The notes below the pieces were generated by a model, which saw nothing but the letters and a program-made list of their open reading frames with translations, was not told the DNA's origin and did no database searches. Both the position numbers and the translations under genes were made by a program. 64,000 nucleotides of DNA from Savitreella phatthalungensis (lineage: Eukaryota), in the NCBI GenBank assembly GCA_051599415.1, contig AP039698.1, positions 62,001 to 126,000 on the forward strand. The letters run 5' to 3'. Positions 10,918 to 22,215 of the stretch are shown here, in pieces; the stretch's first letter is position 1; each line of letters begins with the position of its first letter.

Positions 10918-12955
10918 TCACAATTGTTCGTGTCCGTCCTCGGGACCTGCGTCCATGTCGAGTTTTGCGATTTCTCTCGCGAGATCAGCTTCACGATCCC
11001 TGACGATTGCCGAAGGCACCCTCGTTTCCGGGGACAACATGCCCGGCGGTCGATCTGGAGGGTTTCGGTCAGCATCATCATCCTGCGCTCCCTCGCGCTC
11101 GTCATCATGGCCGCTCGGCACGAGCTTGTCTGCCAAGTCAGCAGGCACACTTGCCGCAGACAGCTCAACAAGCCCGGCGTCTACAGGATCCAGGTAATTT
11201 GAAGGCTGCGGGGTCGACGGCCGGGATGAAACGGGCGTGGTCGATGGCAGGAGCAGCGAATTTGGAGAAGACGACGGAGGTTTCGGGGCCGGTGGTCGAA
11301 GGGCGCGGCCGCGTGAGCTGGCATTGACCGGTGGCGCAAGCCGAACGCTCGGAGCTGAGCTGGTCGTCGATGTCGGTGACGAGGCCCCCGATTCGGTCTC
11401 GCGTGATGATGTCGCTGGGCCCACTGCTACGCCATGGCGTGACTTTGGTGCAGGTGGAGCCGGCAAACGTGACGTCGTCGACGTCACCGCCGCATCAGCT
11501 GGAACACCTTCAAGCACTGTAGATAGCTCCTTCAGGGCTACCGCCGATGCAGACGTCTTGCAGCCAGGCTTGAGCCCGCCAACCGGTGGAGGTGGTGGAG
11601 GCGGTGGTTTTGATCTAGCCACAGAGCTGATCGAGTCAAACGACCTGATCGAAGCTTGAGAAGTGGAATCGACCTGGCCGAGACTGATTCCGAGGAGAGA
11701 TGCTTTGGATTTTGCTTCTTTTGCAGCACTACTATTGCTGCCAGATGACGTAAATGAAGGACGAGGGATTTTTAGTCGGCGCTTCCGCGGAGGCAATAGC
11801 CAGGGTACCGTGAGACATCTTGCAAGCAGCCGCACCGTCGTCGCACCGACCGGGCCAAAGTGAGAACATTCCTTGTTCAACGAGTTCAGCAGTTTCACAA
11901 GCTCGGCAGCCTTGTAGTGTGGCGAATTGCGCAGCTGTGTATTGGTGAGCAAAGGATGAAGGACGCGCAGATAAGTATGTCGGAGAGATTCATGCTCTTG
12001 AGGTAAGTCGTAAAGCTCCCGTATGAAGACGTCCACAAGGACATGCAAATCATTCGTGAAGAAGTACTCGTGCGTCGTCGGATTTGTGAAGATTAGAAAG
12101 AGCTGTTTGAGAATTAACAGCTGCAGTATCGGATCGCGCTCCCTGTTGAGCATTCGAATAACGTTCTCGCCGAACGCTTTGAACCGCGATCCATGATCGG
12201 ATAAGACTTTAACAATGGCATTATCGACTGCTGTTGCACCGCGCTGCTGCTCGAGGGCTGGTCGTTGATCGGTGCTCTGACGAGAAAAAGGCTCCTGTGA
12301 ACCTGATGGCAGAGCTGCGACCATGTACTGCTCGTTGAGCGCGAGCATGAGTTTGATGGTGATGTATGAGAATGGATCGGATTCGTCACGCGCAAGCTCG
12401 ACGTTGCGTAGCAGAAACCAACTGAACTCTGTGTCAAAGCAAAGCAGGTCGTCACGCGATATCTTCTGGGCCCGGCAGAGCTCATAAAGGCTGACAAGGA
12501 TGAGCCGGGTGAAGCGATAGGCATCCGCAGCATTGTCTTTGGCCGCGGCCACCAGATTCTCTACCACGCCAGCGCGGCTCATTAAGCGAAATGTCCGAGC
12601 GTGCTTGCGACCATCAAGCAGCAGCATGTACAGCACTATGTAGCCACGAGCACCAGTACCATCTTCAGCCTCGAAAGTGATAAGAAGCTGACGATAAGCG
12701 TCTGTATATTGTGCGTAGTGTTCACTGTCGAGCACCATACGACAGCAGCGCTCGACATCGCTGTCCTTGTCCAGGTGATCAGGGCCATATGTCGAGGCGA
12801 AGGAAAGGAAGCGCTCAAGCTTGGGCTCGACTGTTGATTCATCGTCGTCTGGTCTTGGAGCTGTTATCTCGCTCAGGCCTGTAAAGATTAGCCAAGCTCC
12901 AATGCACGCGGTCAGCCATCTTACCCGTCCAGAAGAGCCCTTGCGTGTGATCCAT
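10918..12955 (-). CDS. LDB17: Ldb17/Dip1 (WISH/DIP/SPIN90 family) Arp2/3 activator; exons 12955-12925 and 12878-10918
   Basis: LNEQYM, FGENVIRMLNRE, EYFFTNDLHVLVDVFIRELYDLP, LRHTYLRVLHPLL and a Pro-rich tail. Splicing a 46-nt intron restores MDHTQGLFWTGLSEI... in frame. Confidence 0.88.
12879..12924 (-). other. Spliceosomal intron in LDB17 (46 nt)
   Basis: GTAAGA donor, GCTAAT branch site, TTTACAG acceptor; frame-restoring. Confidence 0.88.
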
Positions 12956-13298
12956 TGGCGCTCACTATGTGCGTTGCATTAGGGAGGAGGACATGCGCAT
13001 CATCTAACCTCCCGCTGCGCGCCAGCGTTTACCACGACGTTGATCACGTTGAGCGCTCGCGAAGCTCTTCCTGGCTGATGACCACGATGACAGTGCTGAT
13101 ATTGGTATTGATGATTACAGTGACCGGCTGCATAAATTCCACGGGATCGATCTTGAGCAATGCATCTAGCTGCAAACAGTTTTTGGACGATATGATAGGA
13201 CGTGCAGACTGGCTGACACGCATACCGGAGAAGGAGAAGAAGAAACAGACCGAAGCTCATCAGACGCGAAGGCTTCCGCATAGCGCGCGAAGGCCACC

Positions 13299-14054
13299 AT
13301 GAATCAGCGCAGGAAGACGAAACGTGCGATCAGCTTCTCCTCCTCCTCAGGCTCATCCGACGGAGAAATCACGACAGGCAACGCTTCCGTGAGTACACCG
13401 AAGAAGGCCAAAAAGGCCGTGACAGCTGCCTCAACGCCGGGCAATCAGTCAGATTCTGATCTGAGTGAAGCCGTGTCAGAAGAGCTGGAGCTAAGCAGCG
13501 AGAATGAAGGGCCAGCGGTTGATGAAGACGACGCCGATGACAATGACGGATTCGGCGATCCTGACGAGGACGAAGAGGATATCATCAATGACATGATGCG
13601 ACCTCTGGTTGATGGCTCAAAGAAGACCGCACGACAGCGGGGTGTGCTCGGGGAAGGAGATGACAGTGGCCTGCTATCACTGCCTAATGAGACGTTGAGT
13701 AAAAGCAAGCTGGCTGAAAAAGAGCTGACTGCTGAAGAGCTTGCTCTGAAGCGATCAGAGAACGCACGCAGACGGAAAAACCTGACTGAAAAGAAGCTGG
13801 ATGAAGAGAAGCAGGAGGTCATTGACAGATTGTTACACAAGCAGGCACACAAGACAAAGACGGATCTCGGTGAAGATGGTGGCGATGGAAGCGCCGGCAC
13901 TGGCGGATCAAGAGTCGGCCCTAGGAAGCAAAGGCCTTTACCGAAGGGTATGATTCGGTGGACGAGCACAAGGTCCGGTAATGCTGTAGGCTTTCCTGTC
14001 GAAGTCATGCACCATCGATCTCTACAGCCACTGCTCGGATCTGCGAAGCAGTAG
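13299..14054 (+). CDS. IES2: INO80 complex subunit Ies2 (PAPA-1 domain)
   Basis: KKTARQR..LLSLP, LTAEELALKRSENARRRKNLTEKKLDEEKQEVIDRLLHKQ, MIRWTS. Confidence 0.88.
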   Translation: MNQRRKTKRAISFSSSSGSSDGEITTGNASVSTPKKAKKAVTAASTPGNQSDSDLSEAVSEELELSSENEGPAVDEDDADDNDGFGDPDEDEEDIINDMMRPLVDGSKKTARQRGVLGEGDDSGLLSLPNETLSKSKLAEKELTAEELALKRSENARRRKNLTEKKLDEEKQEVIDRLLHKQAHKTKTDLGEDGGDGSAGTGGSRVGPRKQRPLPKGMIRWTSTRSGNAVGFPVEVMHHRSLQPLLGSAKQ

Positions 14055-14646
14055 AACATAGCACAGACGAGATGACTCTAATGAACCATATGAAGCCCAC
14101 ATACGTACATATGTACATGCTCATTGACTCTTTGACATACAGTTGCCTGTACATAGATATTGGTCGAACTCGTGCATCGATAGTACTACGTAGATGTTAA
14201 CATGTACACGCACGTGTGTACAGACTGGATTGATGAAGATTAAATCCTCAATCCATGGTGCGCCTTGCAATTCAATGTTGAGGCCTAGCTATGTTGGATA
14301 GAAGTGGAAGAGTGGATGGTAATTGTGGGGATGCTAAAAAGGTCGTTTGATCAAATTTATGTCCGTGCTACTTGTATATTGCATGTAGAGTGAAACTTGT
14401 ATTCAACCGTCCGCAGTCGAAGGCTAGATTTAAGAGCTTCGAGAGTATAGTGAGTCCACTGTGCATCACATACGGCTAGCAGATCGTGGCGGCAATGACG
14501 GAAAATGGACCACTGAGATCTTCACTTAGTCGAGATCAATGACATAGATAGGACGATTGGTCCATTAACACAGCTGGTTGGCATAACGTATCGACGACGT
14601 TTCTTGACAAATACACACGACATTCTTCCACCTCCATCATTGCATC

Positions 14647-15282
14647 ATGTCTGCAAGCTGCATATTCTGCCGAATCATCAAGGGTGAAATCCCGTCTTTC
14701 AAGCTGATCGAGACGGCAAAGTCTTATGCTTTCCTCGACGTCGGCCCTCTCGCCAAGGGGCATGCATTGATCATTCCGAAGGAACATGCGGAGCAAATGC
14801 ATCAGCTGTCGGACGAGTCACTTGCCGATATTCTGCCCGTGGCAAAGAAGGTTGCCAAGGCCGTCGGCGCAGAAAACTACAACATCCTCCAGAACAACGG
14901 CAAAGAAGCTCACCAGGTTGTGATGCACGTACATTTCCACGTAATTCCTAAAAAGGCTATGTCCGACGTATGTCATCCATCTCTGGGATGTCGAGTGTTA
15001 GTACTGATCTATCACAGGAGTCCTCTGGACTTGTCATCGGCTGGCCTGCACAAGAAGGTAAGCTCCAGATCCACCTTGGTGGTTTTACCCCGGAAAGCCC
15101 AGACTCAAGGGATTCTCCAGAACTCGATCTGTCCTTGTTTATACCTGGACGAGCTGTGGCATCTCAAGTCAATCCGGGCGCCTTCACTCCCGGAAAACTT
15201 CAAACGATCATGAACTAACACTCCAACAGCTGACAAGGACGAGCTCAAGAAGTATGCGGAAGAGCTCAAGAGCAAGATGTAG
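14647..15282 (+). CDS. HNT1: HIT-family adenosine monophosphoramidase; exons 14647-14967, 15018-15057, 15230-15282
   Basis: CIFCRIIKGEIPS and HIT motif HVHFHVIP. The spliced C-terminus reads ESSGLVIGWPAQEADKDELKKYAEELKSKM*. Confidence 0.93.
14968..15017 (+). other. HNT1 intron 1 (50 nt)
   Basis: GTATGT...ACTGAT...CACAG; frame-restoring. Confidence 0.9.
15058..15229 (+). other. HNT1 intron 2 (172 nt, unusually long)
   Basis: GTAAGC...ACTAAC...CAACAG; frame-restoring. Confidence 0.88.
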
Positions 15283-15527
15283 TTTCGTTGTCTACACAGA
15301 ACGTATTCGTGACTAAATCTGCCGAAAGACTCGACATGTGAGATCATCTGACCGAGCCATTCAACCGCTTGACATATTATAAGGTGCGTGAGCATATCCG
15401 CGAATAATTTGTTTGGAGTGAACGATACGAGAAAGATTGATCTCGGCCTCGTCCGAAGCAATCTTGTATCCGCCACTACAAAGGCGCTTGCTCGGTTGGG
15501 GTCACGTACGGTGTCGTCAGAAGCATC

Positions 15528-16895
15528 ATGATGAATGGAGATCTGGCTGAAGATGTAAGGCCGCGGAAGCTGCTATTTCGTGGCCGTATCTGCCACTCTC
15601 TTGGGCCACAAGAGCTCGAGATCATCCCAGATGGCCTCCTTGGCGTTCGAGATGGATCGATTGCATTTCTCTACGAGGCAACGAGCATTGAGGCTCTAGA
15701 GGACTTCTTACTGGCAGAGGACTTTGCGGACGCGGAACGGATAGAGCTTCATCAACAACAGTTTCTCTTTCCCGGCATGTTCGATACACATATTCACGCT
15801 CCTCAGTACCCGAATGCGGGCTTTGGCCTAGATATGCCATTGCTGGATTGGCTGGAGCGGTATACCTTCCCAACCGAGTCATCGATGCGCGACCCAGAGC
15901 TTGCGAAAAACGTGTACGACCGCGTTGTTCGCCAGACTCTTCGACAAGGTACCACCTTTGCGTGCTACTACTCGTCGATTCATGTCGCCGCCACAGAGAT
16001 TCTTGCGCAGACTTGCTTGAGGTATGGACAGCGTGCATTCGTCGGCAAATGTAACATGGACAAGCTCTCGCCGGCCCACTACAGGGAGACATGCGAAGAC
16101 AGCCTGGTCGCCACACGAGAATGCATCGACATTTGTCACAGGCTTGACCCTTCACGACAATTGCTAGAATACTGTATAACGCCACGCTTTGCCCCCAGTT
16201 GCTCATCTGAGCTCATGTCGAGCCTTGGACAGCTTGCTCGTGAGCTCAATCTGCCAGTCCAAACTCACATCTCGGAGAACAAAGCAGAGCTTGCGATGGT
16301 AAAAGAAATGTTCCCTGAGCACATCGACTACACTGATGTGTACGAGAAGCACGGACTCGTTGGTCGACGCACTATTCTCGCTCATGCGATTTACCTGTCC
16401 GACGACGAGCTTCGTAGGATCCAGGAATCTGACGCTGCTATTTCACACTGTCCCGCCAGTAACACTGGAATCAGTTCAGGCGAGGCACCGATCCGCGAAA
16501 TGCTGGATCGCGACATGAACGTCGGTCTAGGAACTGACGTTTCTGGCGGGTACACGGCGTCAATCTTGGACAGCGCGAAGCTCGCTTGTCTAGTATCGCG
16601 CCACCGCGCCATCCACACAGGCAACAATCGGCTTGCAATCGATGTCGCAGAGGCATTGTATCTTGCAACATTGGGTGGAGCCCGCGTCTGCAAGGCGCAG
16701 GATCGGTTGGGCAACTTCGTCGCCGGAAAAGACTTCGACGCCCTGCTGATCGACCTTTCTCAGCAGCGCAACGGAAGAGTCGACGTCTTCGAGGGCGAAG
16801 AGGACCTCAAGATTGTTGAGAAGTGGATGTGGAATGGCGACGACCGCAATATTGCCAGAGTGTACGTTAGAGGCCAGGTGGTCTTAGAATCCTAG
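15528..16895 (+). CDS. GUD1: Guanine deaminase
   Basis: PGMFDTHIHAPQY, LLDWLERYTFP, ITPRFAPSC, QTHISEN, GLGTDVSGG, GDDRNI. Confidence 0.95.
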   Translation: MMNGDLAEDVRPRKLLFRGRICHSLGPQELEIIPDGLLGVRDGSIAFLYEATSIEALEDFLLAEDFADAERIELHQQQFLFPGMFDTHIHAPQYPNAGFGLDMPLLDWLERYTFPTESSMRDPELAKNVYDRVVRQTLRQGTTFACYYSSIHVAATEILAQTCLRYGQRAFVGKCNMDKLSPAHYRETCEDSLVATRECIDICHRLDPSRQLLEYCITPRFAPSCSSELMSSLGQLARELNLPVQTHISENKAELAMVKEMFPEHIDYTDVYEKHGLVGRRTILAHAIYLSDDELRRIQESDAAISHCPASNTGISSGEAPIREMLDRDMNVGLGTDVSGGYTASILDSAKLACLVSRHRAIHTGNNRLAIDVAEALYLATLGGARVCKAQDRLGNFVAGKDFDALLIDLSQQRNGRVDVFEGEEDLKIVEKWMWNGDDRNIARVYVRGQVVLES

Positions 16896-17081
16896 CCTAT
16901 ACAGAAACCGCTGCTCTGCGCACATCTAGAAGATGATGCCAAAGCCTTGCCGTATGCCTATCAAAATCACGTGTTCAATAATTTGAAAGATATCTGCTCA
17001 GGGGAGAAAACCAAGATTGAGATCGAGCCAGGGCAAAGTGTCAATTAAGGCCCAACGACTTGCTTACGCACCGAGTCCAGC

Positions 17082-18701
17082 ATGAGTGACGTCGAGGAGA
17101 CTGCCGTAATCGGTATCAGCTTTGGCAATACTACCTCCGCAATCTCTTATACAAACCGCGAGGGTAAGGCAGAGTGCATTGCCAACGAGGAGGGGAACCG
17201 CTCGATCCCAAGCGCCCTCTCGTACGTCGGTGGCGACGAATATCATGGCGATCAGGCATATGCACAGCTGATTCGTAACCCTCGGCATACTGTGACATGC
17301 TTTCGTGACTTCCTCGGCAAGAAGTTTGCCGACATCGACCCATCGATCTGCCAACACGCTGCACACCCGATCGAACACGATGGCAAGGTTGCCTTCAAGG
17401 TCCCAATTGCACAATCGCCTGAGGATGAGAATCCGGTCGACAAAGTCTTCACGGTCGAGGAGATTACCACACGTCATCTGGCAAAGCTGCGCGACTCTGC
17501 CCAGGATTTCCTTGGCAAGCAGGTTTCCGGCGCGGTTGTGACCGTACCTACAGATTTCACGCAGGCGCAACGCAAAGTGCTCGAAGACGCGGCACAAGCA
17601 GCAGGGCTTCAGGTATTGCAGATCATCCACGAACCAGTGGCCTCAGCATTGGCTTACGCTGCTCTCGATGCAGCCCGCGGTGAGCTCCCACCCGCGAGCA
17701 AAAACATTGTTGTATGCGATGTTGGCGCCAACCGTACAGATGTGACAGTCGTCGCCGCTCGCTCGGGTCTTTACACGATTCTCTCGACTGTACATGACTA
17801 CGAGCTCGGTGGAAAGCAGCTGGATGATGTGCTCGTGGACTGGTTCTCCAAGGAGTTCACAAAGAAGACCAAGGTCGACATCGTTGGCAACGTTCGTGCA
17901 ACTGCAAAGATGTCTGCACAATGCGAAACGACAAAGAAGACCCTTTCTGCATCGCAATCTGCCACAGTCTCTGTTGAGTCTGTCGCTGAAGGTCTTGACT
18001 TCCACTCCAGCATCAACCGTATTCGATATGAAATGCTTGCACGCAAAGTCATCTCACAGGTATGCGATGTCATCGAGAAGGCTGTGGGCAAGGCCAGTCT
18101 GGAGACCTTGGACATCGACGAGGTCATCCTTGCAGGTGGATCGTCGCACACACCGAAGCTCGCTCAGTCTGTGGCGTACTTGTTCCCGGAATCGACCCAC
18201 GTGCGTGCAGCTGCGACGACCACATCGACACCTCTCAACCCATCCGAGTTGGCATGCCTGGGTGCAGCCGTTCAGGCCTCGCTTGTGGCCGACATCGACC
18301 GGGAGGACATTGTCGAGAACACACAAGCTGTGATCACATCGATTCCTCACCTCGCAGCACCACTTGGCGTCAAGGCAGCTGATGGCACCTTCGTCACCGT
18401 GCTCGATGCACACACGCCGTTGCCTTCCCGGCGATCTGTCGATGTGGAAGTCTCAGGCGGCGCGGTAGAGGTATACGAGGGTAAGCCGGAGATTGAGGTG
18501 ACCGAGCTGCCGAAGCCGGAGCGTGATCCAGAGGATTCTGAGGACGACGATGATGAGGAGGATGAGCCTCAAACCGAGAAGAAGCGCGTCATCCGGCCTG
18601 CTACAAAGCTGACTGAGGTCAAGGTCAGCGCCACCAAAGTGAGCGTGACGATTCAAGTCGATGCAGACAGCAAGGTGACCGTCCAAGTCCGGTCTGCATA
18701 G
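17082..18701 (+). CDS. SSZ1: Atypical Hsp70 of the ribosome-associated complex
   Basis: VIGISFGNTTSAI, IANEEGNRSIPSALSY, AQLIRNP; truncated C-terminus without lid, acidic patch. Confidence 0.93.
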   Translation: MSDVEETAVIGISFGNTTSAISYTNREGKAECIANEEGNRSIPSALSYVGGDEYHGDQAYAQLIRNPRHTVTCFRDFLGKKFADIDPSICQHAAHPIEHDGKVAFKVPIAQSPEDENPVDKVFTVEEITTRHLAKLRDSAQDFLGKQVSGAVVTVPTDFTQAQRKVLEDAAQAAGLQVLQIIHEPVASALAYAALDAARGELPPASKNIVVCDVGANRTDVTVVAARSGLYTILSTVHDYELGGKQLDDVLVDWFSKEFTKKTKVDIVGNVRATAKMSAQCETTKKTLSASQSATVSVESVAEGLDFHSSINRIRYEMLARKVISQVCDVIEKAVGKASLETLDIDEVILAGGSSHTPKLAQSVAYLFPESTHVRAAATTTSTPLNPSELACLGAAVQASLVADIDREDIVENTQAVITSIPHLAAPLGVKAADGTFVTVLDAHTPLPSRRSVDVEVSGGAVEVYEGKPEIEVTELPKPERDPEDSEDDDDEEDEPQTEKKRVIRPATKLTEVKVSATKVSVTIQVDADSKVTVQVRSA

Positions 18702-19535
18702 ATCCACCACGAGAGTCAAAAGTTCAGACAGTATTCGAACTGAAGCTAATACACCGAGCCAGGCACTATGCTACTCCGAGTTGGCTAGCTAGTCATCGTA
18801 GTTGCACGTGAGCCGTACAAATAGATTTGCTCGAGCCACTACAGCAGTGCATACCCTTCCGTATCCTGTACATTGCTCTAGCTCTACGGCTGGGTATCAA
18901 TCGATGGAAGTTCTCTCACATGGATCTCATGCTTCATACGAACGGCACTCAATCCATCTAGCTTGAATGCATTTGCAGGACACCTCACTACATGTCATTG
19001 ACGTCCACTACCTGTATAAATATTGAGACAATATATGGACTGAAATGACATTGATCTCACATGTGATGTTCGTTGAGAGTTTACTAGTGCCAGCTTACTG
19101 TTTCTAATGAAGGGGCGCGCATTCGGCACATCGTCCTTCTGGTTTTTCCTTTTGGACCCCGCAAATTCGGAAGGGATATTTTGTGCTGAATTGACTGACA
19201 TCGTGTACGTGTTTCTGGATTCTGGTGAAATCATTCGATAATTCGGTGCATGATTCATCCAGCTCCGATCATTTGCACCTTGACCAGATCCAATTCTTAG
19301 ATATTCCACTTCTGCTGACTCTTGCTAGTGAGAGCAACGGGGTATACGCTTCGGTCGATCGGCAGAGCAACCAGGCAAACCACACACTCTGTAGGAACCA
19401 TTGTAGGTACAGCATTGCAGCTGACTATTGCCACTTCCTGCAGTCAAACACAGTCTCCTCGCCAGAGTGCATTCACCCACTGGCAAAGAGATTTATCAGA
19501 AGGTTTCCAGGCCGACAGAAATACACTCAAAAACG

Positions 19536-20801
19536 ATGCTGCGAACCACAGTGACCAGGACTCAGGTCAGTGCACTTCGCCTGAGATGTGCATCTACTTG
19601 GGCAAACGTCAAGATGGGACCTCCGGATCCGATTCTCGGCGTCAGCGAGGCTTTCAAGGCAGACAGCAACCCAAAGAAGATCAACCTGGGTGTCGGTGCA
19701 TACCGTGACGACAAGGGCAAGCCATATGTTCTTCCCTCCGTTCTTCAGGCTGAGGAGAAGATCATGAAGCAGAACCTGGACAAGGAGTACGCCGGTATCA
19801 CAGGTGTTCCTGCATTCACCAAGCTGGCTGCTCAGCTTGCATACGGTGCTGATTCTGCAGCGGTGAAGGAGGGCAGACTCGCTGTTGCACAGAGCATTTC
19901 CGGAACGGGTGCGCTGCGATTCGGCGGACAGTTCCTCGCCCGTTGGTACCCACATGGCAAGACCATCTACCTGCCAACTCCATCGTGGGGAAACCACACA
20001 CCGATCTTCAAGGACTCTGGCCTGGAGGTCAAGAACTACCGCTACTACGACCCAAAGAACATCGCGCTCGATATCGAGGCCATGCTCGAGGACATCGAGG
20101 CAATGCCGGACAAGTCGATCGTCCTCCTTCATGCATGTGCCCACAACCCGACAGGTGTTGACCCGACAAAGGATGAGTGGCACCGAATCGCCGAAGTGAT
20201 CAAGCGTAAGGGTCACTTCAGCTTCTTCGACATGGCCTACCAGGGCTTCGCTTCTGGCGACACGGTCAAGGACGCGTACGCTCTCCGGTACTTTGTTGAG
20301 CAGGGCCACTCGCTCTGTCTTTCACAGTCCTTTGCCAAGAACATGGGTCTCTACGGCGAGCGTATCGGCGCCTTCTCCATTCTCTGCGCGGATAAGGAGG
20401 AGCAGAAGCGTGTAGAGTCTCAGCTCAAGATTGTCATCCGTCCTATGATCTCCAACCCGCCAATTCACGGCGCACGGATCGTGTCTGAGGTGCTCGGAGA
20501 TGCTCAGCTGAACGAGCAGTGGTTGGGTGAGGTCAAGGGCATGGCCGAGCGCATTATTGCCATGCGTCAGCAGCTCGTCGACGGCCTTAAGGCTGCAGGC
20601 TCTACGCGCGACTGGTCATCGATTGTCAAGCAGATCGGCATGTTCTCCTTCACAGGTCTGACTGCTGCTCAGGTCGAGTACCTTGCCAAGAACTACTCAA
20701 TCTACATGACCAAGGACGGACGTATCTCTATGGCTGGTTTGAACTCGAGCAACATCGAGTACTTTGCCAAGGGTGTGGCAGAGGCCGTCGAGAAGGCTTG
20801 A
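19536..20801 (+). CDS. AAT1: Aspartate aminotransferase, mitochondrial
   Basis: ATG 19536 gives presequence [61 protein letters not shown]. Confidence 0.95.
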   Translation: MLRTTVTRTQVSALRLRCASTWANVKMGPPDPILGVSEAFKADSNPKKINLGVGAYRDDKGKPYVLPSVLQAEEKIMKQNLDKEYAGITGVPAFTKLAAQLAYGADSAAVKEGRLAVAQSISGTGALRFGGQFLARWYPHGKTIYLPTPSWGNHTPIFKDSGLEVKNYRYYDPKNIALDIEAMLEDIEAMPDKSIVLLHACAHNPTGVDPTKDEWHRIAEVIKRKGHFSFFDMAYQGFASGDTVKDAYALRYFVEQGHSLCLSQSFAKNMGLYGERIGAFSILCADKEEQKRVESQLKIVIRPMISNPPIHGARIVSEVLGDAQLNEQWLGEVKGMAERIIAMRQQLVDGLKAAGSTRDWSSIVKQIGMFSFTGLTAAQVEYLAKNYSIYMTKDGRISMAGLNSSNIEYFAKGVAEAVEKA

Positions 20802-22171
20802 GTCGAGTCCTGGGACAAGATGCACCTCTATCATCAACATCAGTACCATCTTCGTTTGATGCCTTTTAGCTCTTCACGCAAGGCCAATCATTCAGGCTGG
20901 TTGTCATAGACCTCTCTCTACTATCGTACGATATACAAGAAGGAAATCATGAAGCATTCGTGAATCTGAGTAGGTGCGCATCAGTCTGTACGTCGTTGAA
21001 GGCTGACTGGCTGCCTCTCCGGAGGGGGAGGATCATACAGACAGAGATCGTGGAATTGGTCGTTGTGGCATTGGTGTAGGATCTACTGATCGCTTTTTCA
21101 CCTCTCGATTTCGCTGCTTGTGTATGGACGTAGAATGAGCTAGAGATTCGATGCCAAACGAGGATGCAGCTCTCGACTGTGAGGATAGCTGGAACGAGTC
21201 AGAAATCAAATCGTACTCACTTCACTTGACTCAAGCGTACATAGAGCAGTTATGACCATGTAAATTATACTAAGGAGAACGCCAGACAGACGCAGGCTGC
21301 AATGGGGTCCAATTCGCGGCTGAGTTTCGACTTTCAATTTACAAATTAAATTTAATTCCCGTCGTCTAATCTTGGTCGGCCACACACACGATTTGTATAT
21401 ATGATTCCGATCGATATAATTAATTCTGCCAGAATGAATCGAAGCTTGAAAAAGTAAATCAAATCCTTCTTCCAATTTTATTAATTTCAGGCGACTTCAA
21501 GACCACTAGTTGACCTTGTTCGACGTCCAAAGGGCAGTTCGTCCGCGATATGGTTGAGACCACAACTAGAAGGACAAAAGCAGAATTTCAATCTAGCTCC
21601 TGGTGAGTGCGCGTCTCTACCGCGATTTTGACTGCAGGATCTCGATAAGGAAAAGGTGTAAACTGGCCTGGTATTCAAATTGGAAGCGCTTGAAAGCATT
21701 CAACCACACTCGCAATCATCCTCGAAGGAAGTGAAGCAAGCAAGTCGTAGCCTGAAGCATTTGACTTCAGATTCGACTACCACTCTATCCTGCCAACCAC
21801 GCATTCGTTCGAGCTGCAAGACGCGTAGGTGCAGAACTATTTATTCCATCGTAACCTCTTCTAAAAGCACAGCAACAGAAGCAGTCGACGACTTTTCCAC
21901 TCCGAAGATTCAAGTCTTCGAATATTGACCAAAGCTAAGGTGGTTGTGCATCTCGACGCGTCAAATCTTTATAAACTATAGCTTTTGCTATCGAGTACGT
22001 GCAACACAACTTCCAACTCAAAACTCCAGACTCATCAGGTCAAAGAAGCTAGGAATAGCAAAATCTACCTCGTGGTTCAAAACTTCCGTCATCCTCCAAC
22101 ATCCTTTCGACGTACTGCACTGCACTGCACTGCAATAGAACGCATCCGGTCAGGAGCAACAAAATAACTCC

Positions 22172-22183
22172 ATGTCAGATCAA

Positions 22184-22215
<32 letters not shown>

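Noticed and set aside
15118..15150. TPP riboswitch-like GAACTCGATCTG in HNT1 intron 2
   Set aside because: Lacks the CTGAGA and downstream conserved aptamer elements, and the host gene is not thiamine-related.
19428..19535. ORF-track N-terminal extensions from TTG/GTG starts (AAT; also DnaJ 53766, Grx 55799) and the upstream ATG of HSP12 at 62198
   Set aside because: Bacterial-style start calls. The downstream ATGs give proper targeting peptides or family N-termini, and the HSP12 upstream ATG precedes its TATA box.
19527..20309. Long antisense or alternate-frame ORFs over AAT, SSZ1, GCNA, RPS31 and others
   Set aside because: Expected shadows of GC3-biased coding sequence.
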